From an uncultured virus (IMG/VR IMGVR_UViG_3300045580_000382) (lineage: Duplodnaviria; Heunggongvirae; Uroviricota; Caudoviricetes): DNA of 21,201 bases. This document shows, in pieces, positions 16,156 through 21,201 of the stretch. Each line of letters opens with the position of its first letter. The stretch's first letter is position 1. The DNA is taken from the IMG/VR virus record IMGVR_UViG_3300045580_000382; one strand, written 5' to 3'. Below the pieces are notes generated by a model. It had not been told where the DNA came from, did not search any database, and was given only the letters and a program-made list of their open reading frames with translations. The position numbers were made by a program, and so were the translations under genes.

Positions 16156-16452
16156 TCAGGAGTGCATCTCCAGGTGCTGCTTCCATGCTGCATTCAGCAT
16201 CTCATTTGCAGTCACTGGAGGTTCACCACCTGTATTGTCGTAGAGATATTGAGGAGTTGGATCATCATCCCAGGCCTCAAGGAACTTCTCAAGGGCAGGG
16301 ATGATTTCATCCTCAATGATTTCCATAGACCAGTAAGGTTCAGCATCCATTTGATGCTTCCTCTGGTCATCAATAAGAAGCTGTTTAACACGCTTCTCCA
16401 TGCAGTAGATCAGGCTATAGAAGTCCTTGATCTCAGTGATGTTGTAAGACAT
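16156..16452 (-). CDS. Hypothetical protein (...DPTPQYLYDNTGGEPPVT..EM..AW)
   Basis: Start placed at ATG 16452, after a TTTGCACA leader. Confidence 0.75.
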   Translation of the reverse strand: MSYNITEIKDFYSLIYCMEKRVKQLLIDDQRKHQMDAEPYWSMEIIEDEIIPALEKFLEAWDDDPTPQYLYDNTGGEPPVTANEMLNAAWKQHLEMHS

Positions 16453-16487
16453 GGTGAATGTGCAAAGGTGTGGTGAAGATGCAGTGA

Positions 16488-16649
16488 TCAACGAAGAGTA
16501 AATAACCCTTCGTCATCAAAATCACTTTCATCTTCTCTGATTAATGGCAGCATATCTGTAGTGATGAAATTCTCATCCAACAGATCTGAGTCATCGTTGT
16601 CGTCCACATACTCTGGTTCTTGCCAGGAGTAAGGAACATTCCAACCCAT
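16488..16649 (-). CDS. Very acidic 53-aa peptide
   Basis: MGWNVPYSWQEPEYVDDNDDSDLLDENFITTDMLPLIREDESDFDDEGLFTLR (17 D/E, 2 R); alternative ATG at 16667. Confidence 0.6.
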   Translation of the reverse strand: MGWNVPYSWQEPEYVDDNDDSDLLDENFITTDMLPLIREDESDFDDEGLFTLR

Positions 16650-16707
16650 GTACGGTGATTCGTGCATGATTGTGTAGCGATGTGAACTACGCGTACCCTG
16701 GACCTCT

Positions 16708-16729
16708 TGATATTGTATAAATTAATACA
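16708..16729 (+). promoter_or_regulatory. Extended -10 (TGnTATTGT) overlapped by an NtcA box TGTA-N8-TACA (16714-16729)
   Basis: TTGATATTGTATAAATTAATACA; GAGGA Shine-Dalgarno follows. Confidence 0.7.
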
Positions 16730-16746
16730 AACCAAACGAGGAAGTC

Positions 16747-16896
16747 ATGCAAAGCGCACTGATTACGTACCTGAACAAGGTCAAGGCTACTGCAATCCGT
16801 AGTGAGAAGCAGACTTGGTATGCAATTCGTCAAGATAAAGCGGACGCCACGCAAGAAAACATGACGCCCGCTAGTTCTTATGTACTCAAGAAGTGA
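16747..16896 (+). CDS. Counter-oriented 49-aa basic peptide
   Basis: MQSALITYLNKVKATAIRSEKQTWYAIRQDKADATQENMTPASSYVLKK; has its own SD and promoter; below the track cutoff. Confidence 0.7.
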   Translation: MQSALITYLNKVKATAIRSEKQTWYAIRQDKADATQENMTPASSYVLKK

Positions 16897-16928
16897 GTGA
16901 TATCACCCCGATCTTGAGTGATCTTTAT

Positions 16929-17213
16929 CTAATCTTTCAACCAACCAGTGTTCCTGAGGTACTCAGTCCTGGTTGAGTCGAGTTCATAGTCATCAGCTGG
17001 AGGAGTCTCAGGAGTCCATGTCCAATGAGTACAGTTGTACTCCTCGATCATGTCCTGTGTTTCCTCCAGCTTGGTAATGATCCAGCCGCTCTTCCTGGAG
17101 AAGAACAGAACGTCGCCATATGGATCAGCGTCTTTCTCTGTTGGCATTGAAAGATGCTTGAGGACGAAAACGTTTTCAGGTGCAGGCATGGTTGGTGCAG
17201 GCAGAGAGATCAT
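16929..17213 (-). CDS. Hypothetical protein, DUF551-like C-terminus
   Basis: MPTEKDAD..GDVL...CTHWTWTPETPP. Confidence 0.65.
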   Translation of the reverse strand: MISLPAPTMPAPENVFVLKHLSMPTEKDADPYGDVLFFSRKSGWIITKLEETQDMIEEYNCTHWTWTPETPPADDYELDSTRTEYLRNTGWLKD

Positions 17214-17554
17214 TCGTAGTGAGGACGGGTCTCTGGATAGAAGCGAGCATAGCCCTGGGCTAAGCAGATATCGTAGAGATCGTCTTCGTAGTCTTCACTG
17301 TCGTACTTCTCGTGGAGTTCGTGGAGAACCCTGAGGGCTTGCGCTTCCGAGAAGATGCAGACGGTTTCGATGGGATAACCGCAGGGGAAGGTCCATCCTC
17401 CTTCTTCAGGGCCACCGTACTGGTGCCAGACTTGGTGGACCGTGATCGTGATGGGTTCTTCCCCTTGGAATTCTGTGTAGCGTTCATACCATTCTTTGAA
17501 CCGTTCGGTTCGCTGGATGGGTGTTTCGCTGCGGTAGGTTTGGAGGGTGTGCAT
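17210..17554 (-). CDS. Phage hypothetical protein (YGGPEEGGW motif)
   Basis: QYGGPEEGGW...YPETRPHYE; likely start MHTLQ at 17554. Confidence 0.75.
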   Translation of the reverse strand: MHTLQTYRSETPIQRTERFKEWYERYTEFQGEEPITITVHQVWHQYGGPEEGGWTFPCGYPIETVCIFSEAQALRVLHELHEKYDSEDYEDDLYDICLAQGYARFYPETRPHYE

Positions 17555-17634
17555 AGGTTGAGGATCGTTGCTGCAATAAAGAGGATGCAAACAAGAATGA
17601 ACTCAACCGGGTGGAGATCTTGTAGGGATTTCAT
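17260..17634 (-). CDS. Possible small membrane protein with a long overlapping tail
   Basis: TGCACC-ATG context; HPVEFILVCILFIAATILNL transmembrane segment; the tail overlaps the next gene in another frame. Confidence 0.45.
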   Translation of the reverse strand: MKSLQDLHPVEFILVCILFIAATILNLCTPSKPTAAKHPSSEPNGSKNGMNATQNSKGKNPSRSRSTKSGTSTVALKKEDGPSPAVIPSKPSASSRKRKPSGFSTNSTRSTTVKTTKTISTISA

Positions 17635-17755
17635 GGTGCATGACAGGTGTGAAATGATTGTGTAGGATTATCAGTCCTACAGAAAATCAAAGGGCTGATA
17701 CGGATTCGTATCGCCCCTTGACTGAGTGTAGGAGTGAGCCGTGCGCTACTTACGA

Positions 17756-18214
17756 TCAGAAAGGCACAACTTCTGCAGTTGGCTCTTGAGAGTAAGGAGC
17801 ACTGGCGGCGGCAGGAGTAGCGGCGGGCACAGCGTGAAGCGACTTACTGATGGTATTCGCTTCGATCACACCAGCGGCCTCTGCGGCCCTGTGAGCCGTC
17901 GAGATCTGACCCAGGCGTACCGTATTGACAGAGGTAACAATCACCTCCATACGGCCGCGTGGCTCGCCTTCTGGTGTCATCCAGGTGACATAACGCAGGC
18001 GTGTAGTCAGGGCAACAGTGTCACCCTTGTTGTAACGCTTGGCGATGTTCTCACCGACGCCGTTGTAAGCGATGACAGGCAGCGGAGAATCCTCTTCCCT
18101 GGCATCGAGCGGAGCAACACGGAACTGTGTGACCGAAAGAGAATCGTTGGGATTCTTGGTCATAATGTCGGACACGATGGTACCGACCAGGTTTCCGTTG
18201 TTAGCAGCAGACAT
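17756..18214 (-). CDS. ssb: Single-stranded DNA-binding protein (bacterial-type OB fold)
   Basis: NLVGTIVSD...FRVA...VIAYNGVGENIAKRYNKGDTV...LRYVTW..EG..R; Ala/Pro linker; C-terminal EVVPF. Confidence 0.88.
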   Translation of the reverse strand: MSAANNGNLVGTIVSDIMTKNPNDSLSVTQFRVAPLDAREEDSPLPVIAYNGVGENIAKRYNKGDTVALTTRLRYVTWMTPEGEPRGRMEVIVTSVNTVRLGQISTAHRAAEAAGVIEANTISKSLHAVPAATPAAASAPYSQEPTAEVVPF

Positions 18215-18319
18215 GGTGTTGTCTAGGTAGGTGTACAAAGCAGGCAGAAGCCTGCAGAAAGGGAACTAAGCCAAGGCCTAGATCCCAAAGTGCAGACATC
18301 AGAAAAGCTGAAGAAAAGA

Positions 18320-18562
18320 TTAAACTATCTCTTCTATAACTTTCTCTTGATTCATGGCTTCATTAGCAGCCATTGCTTCCTGTTCATCAGCGTAATGAAT
18401 CTCATCACGCCATTGAGCCAACTCGTTGGCGATGATCCTGGCGGCAAGCGTGGCAGGTAGAACATTGTTCTCCAACGCACGCTCACATAGGAAGTCCCAA
18501 TCATCCTGGCTGATGCCAGTCAGCTTGTTGACTCCAGGAAGGTAGAAGGTGTAGTTGTTCAT
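18320..18562 (-). CDS. Hypothetical protein, possibly RHH-like
   Basis: 80-aa ORF, ATGA-coupled. Confidence 0.65.
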   Translation of the reverse strand: MNNYTFYLPGVNKLTGISQDDWDFLCERALENNVLPATLAARIIANELAQWRDEIHYADEQEAMAANEAMNQEKVIEEIV

Positions 18563-18852
18563 AGTTGAGCATCAATCCAGTCACGCTGGATAGGATTAAG
18601 AACATCATTCAACGGCTCCTCTATCTGTAACCAGATATTCAGAAGCAGTTGATAGGAACCTAAGTCTTCCGCAATCTTATTGATTAGGAAAGTAGTGTTC
18701 CATGTATTCGGATAGCCTTGAGCAGTTTCATTGGACACGAGTTCCATGAACTTTCTCCATAGTTTTGGCTCCTCCTGACGTGCATATTCCATGAGAGGAA
18801 TATTATGCAGAAGAAGCCATACTGTGTCGTGGCTATACGTTTGTTCAGTCAT
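18559..18852 (-). CDS. Hypothetical protein (MTEQTYSHD...)
   Basis: Likely start ATG 18852. Confidence 0.65.
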   Translation of the reverse strand: MTEQTYSHDTVWLLLHNIPLMEYARQEEPKLWRKFMELVSNETAQGYPNTWNTTFLINKIAEDLGSYQLLLNIWLQIEEPLNDVLNPIQRDWIDAQL

Positions 18853-18854
18853 TG

Positions 18855-18917
18855 TTAGAGACAGAAGAACAAGAAGATGATCGTTAAGATCATTGAATTG
18901 AATAAAATCTTTCTCAT
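18855..18917 (-). CDS. 20-aa hydrophobic micropeptide MRKILFNSMILTIIFLFFCL
   Basis: ATGA overlap with the upstream stop; ends 2 nt before the next ATG. Confidence 0.45.
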   Translation of the reverse strand: MRKILFNSMILTIIFLFFCL

Positions 18918-19171
18918 GGTTTAATTGCAGCGGCTGGGCCATGCAATACCATCTTGGATACACAGCCATAGCTTTCACCTACAGCTGTCTTGAGAGATAC
19001 AATCTGATATAACTTGCTGTCACAAGTAGCAAGGACCCTGGCGTTGATCGCTTTATTCAAGCCAACGCACAGTAGTCCTCCGATACCCATTCCAAGAGTG
19101 ATACCAACGTAAGCAGGTAACTGTTCACGGTGGCGATTCATGAAATTAATGATGAAAGATGAGAGGGACAT
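18914..19171 (-). CDS. Small membrane protein with two downstream Cys
   Basis: YVGITLGMGIGGLLCVGL transmembrane segment; start ATG 19171. Confidence 0.7.
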   Translation of the reverse strand: MSLSSFIINFMNRHREQLPAYVGITLGMGIGGLLCVGLNKAINARVLATCDSKLYQIVSLKTAVGESYGCVSKMVLHGPAAAIKP

Positions 19172-19190
19172 GGTGAGCAAAGCAGAGTTA

Positions 19191-19265
19191 GCAGGGACTC
19201 ATCAGGCTCCCCATACAGGGAGCGACCGGAGGGAGCGGTTGCTGCCCTCCAGTTTCGTCCTATGC
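19191..19265 (-). ncRNA. Hammerhead ribozyme, type II topology
   Basis: Minus strand reads GGAC-GAAA-CUGGAGGG(C)AGC AACC GCUCCCUCCG-GUC^-GCUCCC UGUAUG GGGAGC-CUGAUGA-GUCC: complete core, three stems, GUC triplet. Confidence 0.93.
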
Positions 19266-19484
19266 GTCAATGAAGCGCTGCCAGCCAAGTTCTAGCTGAT
19301 TGCTCAGCTTGTAGCCCTGGTTGAGCAGCTTCTTCACACTAGAGCGGACATAATCGACAGGTGCTTCCAAGCGGATGTACTTGGATACCTGGCGGTCGAG
19401 GTCAACCTTGGTCATCTCAGCAAAGTCACCACGGATGGTGACGAGATAACCGTCGTTGCCCTTCTCGTAGATGAAAGATTCCAT
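19260..19484 (-). CDS. Hypothetical protein
   Basis: 74-aa ORF with TTTGCACAC leader; its stop codon lies in the ribozyme's stem II. Confidence 0.75.
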   Translation of the reverse strand: MESFIYEKGNDGYLVTIRGDFAEMTKVDLDRQVSKYIRLEAPVDYVRSSVKKLLNQGYKLSNQLELGWQRFIDA

Positions 19485-19557
19485 GGTTAGGAAGTGTGCA
19501 AAGAACGTGATCGATGAAGATCACAGAGAAGGAAGCACCAGGCTTCCCTCTGAGGGA

Positions 19558-19788
19558 TCATCCTTCGTCGTCGTTGAGTAGAGCAGCAAGCTCCGCCTCA
19601 ACTTCTTTCGGGATGGTATAGACACCATCGTTAGGTGCAATCAGGTCAGCAAGCTTGCGCCGTGCCCTGGTTACACCTTGCTTGATCTTCTCTCGGCCTT
19701 CTGGAGGAAGGTTACTGTAAGCAACAGCGCCGCCGATAACAGCACCACCGAGAAAAGATAGCTTGAGGACGTTGTTAAACAGTGACAT
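19558..19788 (-). CDS. Small membrane-anchored protein
   Basis: LSFLGGAVIGGAVAY followed by a charged helix. Confidence 0.7.
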   Translation of the reverse strand: MSLFNNVLKLSFLGGAVIGGAVAYSNLPPEGREKIKQGVTRARRKLADLIAPNDGVYTIPKEVEAELAALLNDDEG

Positions 19789-19850
19789 GAGTCAGAGTGC
19801 GAGTGGAAGTGATTGTGAACGTTGATAGATGAAAGTAAAAGCACTGAAGA

Positions 19851-20030
19851 TCAGATGCTGTACCCATTAGCAATGCACCAGTCACGGTGCTTCTGATCAG
19901 CCTCTACAGGCCAATCATGTGCAGAGCATTGCTTGGTGGTTGCAATATCAATCTGATCGATAACAATTTGTGTAAAGCTCACTAGGCTTACAGCCCAGAG
20001 AATGACAACAACAGCGGTGTTCTGTTTCAT
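19851..20030 (-). CDS. Small membrane/secreted protein (...QCSAHDWP...HRDWC..NGY)
   Basis: Start placed at ATG 20030, after TTTGCACAC; hydrophobic N-terminus. Confidence 0.7.
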   Translation of the reverse strand: MKQNTAVVVILWAVSLVSFTQIVIDQIDIATTKQCSAHDWPVEADQKHRDWCIANGYSI

Positions 20031-20071
20031 GACAGGGTGTTGTGTGCAAAGCCTGCGAAGGTGCAGGCCAG

Positions 20072-20124
20072 TGTTGAGTGGGGATTCGATCCCCAGCTCG
20101 CGCTTCACTCACGTGAACTCAACA
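20072..20124 (-). ncRNA. tRNA-like mini three-way junction
   Basis: UGUUGAG/CUCAACA 7-bp stem; UUCAC-GUGA-GUGAA GNRA hairpin; UGGGG-AUCGAAU-CCCCA T-arm-like hairpin. Confidence 0.65.
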
Positions 20125-20163
20125 GATAAAAGAACTTTCTCTTCCGGATTGATCCAGAAGGAA

Positions 20164-20880
20164 AGCGACCAGCGGGAGCGGAGCCTCACCACAGGTGAAG
20201 CTGATACGCACCAAAGACGGAGTACTCAGCCCACTTATCGATCATCTCCTGCAGAGACCATCGGATGGGTGAGTCCTCACCAGGCCAGACGAGCGGAGTA
20301 GGTTCCTCTCCCTGGCGCTGATCATATAGATAGGTACCACGTTGATCGCAAAGCATGAGGCCTTGCTCAGTTGTGATAGAGACCATGGAACTAATCAGTA
20401 GGACAGCAGTCAGAAGACTGCATCCAAGGAAAAAAAGCCCTGGAGGCAATCATCGCAGCAACACGAAGTTGCATCGAAATAGTTACTAAAACTGAACACA
20501 GTTCAATAAGTTTGGAAAACCCGTCAAGTTTTCCACAATTTAAAAATTTAGCTAGCCCAAAATCGCACAAAACTCCTGGTCGAAATGAGGTTGAGAAGTC
20601 TTGCGCTGCAGTGGATCTAGGGGAAATATGGGGTAAAAAGGTATAACGGAAGTGTTATACAGGGGTAAAAGAGACTACAAACTGTTCGTCCCCTACAGTG
20701 TTCAATCTTGCAACCGTCTACTCTCCAAGAGCGACCGGAGGGAGCGGTTCCCCACTCCTCCCGCATACAAAATTGAACACACAATTACAAATACTTTCTC
20801 TTCTCTAATGCGACCGAAGGGAGCAATTTCACTACACTTTCTTTTTTTTCCTCTCGCTAGCTTCTGCGAGCACAGCGAGC
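20164..20880 (+). repeat. Dispersed GCGA-SC-NNN-GS-GAGC mini-hairpin repeats (another copy at 19222-19236)
   Basis: GCGACCagcGGGAGC 20165-20179; GCGACCggaGGGAGC 20731-20745; GCGACCgaaGGGAGC 20810-20824; GCGAGCacaGCGAGC 20866-20880. Confidence 0.75.
20186..20386 (-). CDS. Hypothetical protein (MVSITTEQG...)
   Basis: Likely start ATG 20386; first gene of the leftward run. Confidence 0.55.
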   Translation of the reverse strand: MVSITTEQGLMLCDQRGTYLYDQRQGEEPTPLVWPGEDSPIRWSLQEMIDKWAEYSVFGAYQLHLW

Positions 20881-21003
20881 TTGATGTCTCCAGCGCTCCA
20901 CACCCTTAAACCCAACTTTTTAAGGCCGTTAGGGGGCAACACCTGGCGCTATTACTGTATTGATTGCACCTAAAATCAGTTATATCTAGATAAATTTATA
21001 AAA
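20450..21003. promoter_or_regulatory. Non-coding divergence region (promoters; possible origin or genome end)
   Basis: Strand switch, no credible ORF; palindrome GTATAAC-N6-GTTATAC (20641-20660) flanked by GGGGTAAAA repeats. Confidence 0.55.
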
Positions 21004-21201
21004 ATGCCTGTATCTCCGCAGGATTATGCGCTCTGGGCCCAGGCAACAGGCAATCCATACCCTAAAACACCAGAAGAAAAGGCCCGTTTAGCCCCTGAAG
21101 TGTATGATTTCAACCGGGGATTTGGTAAATTCAAGGGTTTTGATGAAGTACAGGGTTTCCAAGGGGATACTGTCTACGATCAACCCATTTCTATCCGCCA
21201 C
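21004..21201 (+). CDS. 5' part of a hypothetical protein (MPVSPQDYALWAQATGNPYPKTPEEKARLAPEVYDF...)
   Basis: Open frame from ATG 21004 to the window end. Confidence 0.75.
   Translation, partial: MPVSPQDYALWAQATGNPYPKTPEEKARLAPEVYDFNRGFGKFKGFDEVQGFQGDTVYDQPISIRH

Noticed and set aside
17668..17675. Hammerhead core from CUGAUAA
   Set aside because: G8 is missing and there is no correctly placed GAAA or cleavage triplet
17741..18226. 161-aa plus-strand ORF
   Set aside because: Antisense shadow of ssb
20072..20124. Bona fide tRNA gene
   Set aside because: Only 53 nt, with no anticodon arm and no D-loop GG; reported as a tRNA-like element instead
20715..20765. Second hammerhead at the 21-bp repeat copy
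   Set aside because: Has GUC and a stem I-like hairpin but lacks CUGANGA and GAAA
19220..20880. CRISPR array from the GCGACC..GGGAGC repeats
   Set aside because: Repeats are short and irregularly spaced, and no cas genes are present
20652..20909. 85-aa plus-strand ORF
   Set aside because: GTG start, runs through repeats and pyrimidine tracts, composition not protein-like

Overview
A 21.2-kb segment of a dsDNA tailed-phage genome, most likely a picocyanobacteria-infecting phage. The host inference rests on a DUF4278-type peptide, NtcA boxes and cyanophage-type small ORF families. Nearly all genes lie on the minus strand and run leftward from a non-coding divergence region at about 20450-21000. 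They start with many small early-type ORFs, then an SSB, an SH3 / Pro-rich membrane / L,D-transpeptidase trio, a CxxCxxCC protein, HTH/RHH proteins, ThyX, two free-standing HNH endonucleases, an ArdC-like protein and a T7-like family A DNA polymerase. The most notable content is non-coding: (1) a complete type II hammerhead ribozyme between two genes at 19191-19265 (minus strand); (2) a 53-nt tRNA-like mini-fold at 20072-20124; (3) a recurrent hairpin + TTTGCACAC + ATG leader in place of a Shine-Dalgarno sequence; (4) five tandem-G.A mini-hairpins on the plus strand; (5) two counter-oriented small-protein genes with perfect TGTA-N8-TACA NtcA boxes in repressor-type positions; (6) a ~330-nt multi-hairpin region next to an HNH gene that appears to have split and replaced a GC-rich structured motif. 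All calls are from visual reading; no searches or folding programs were run.
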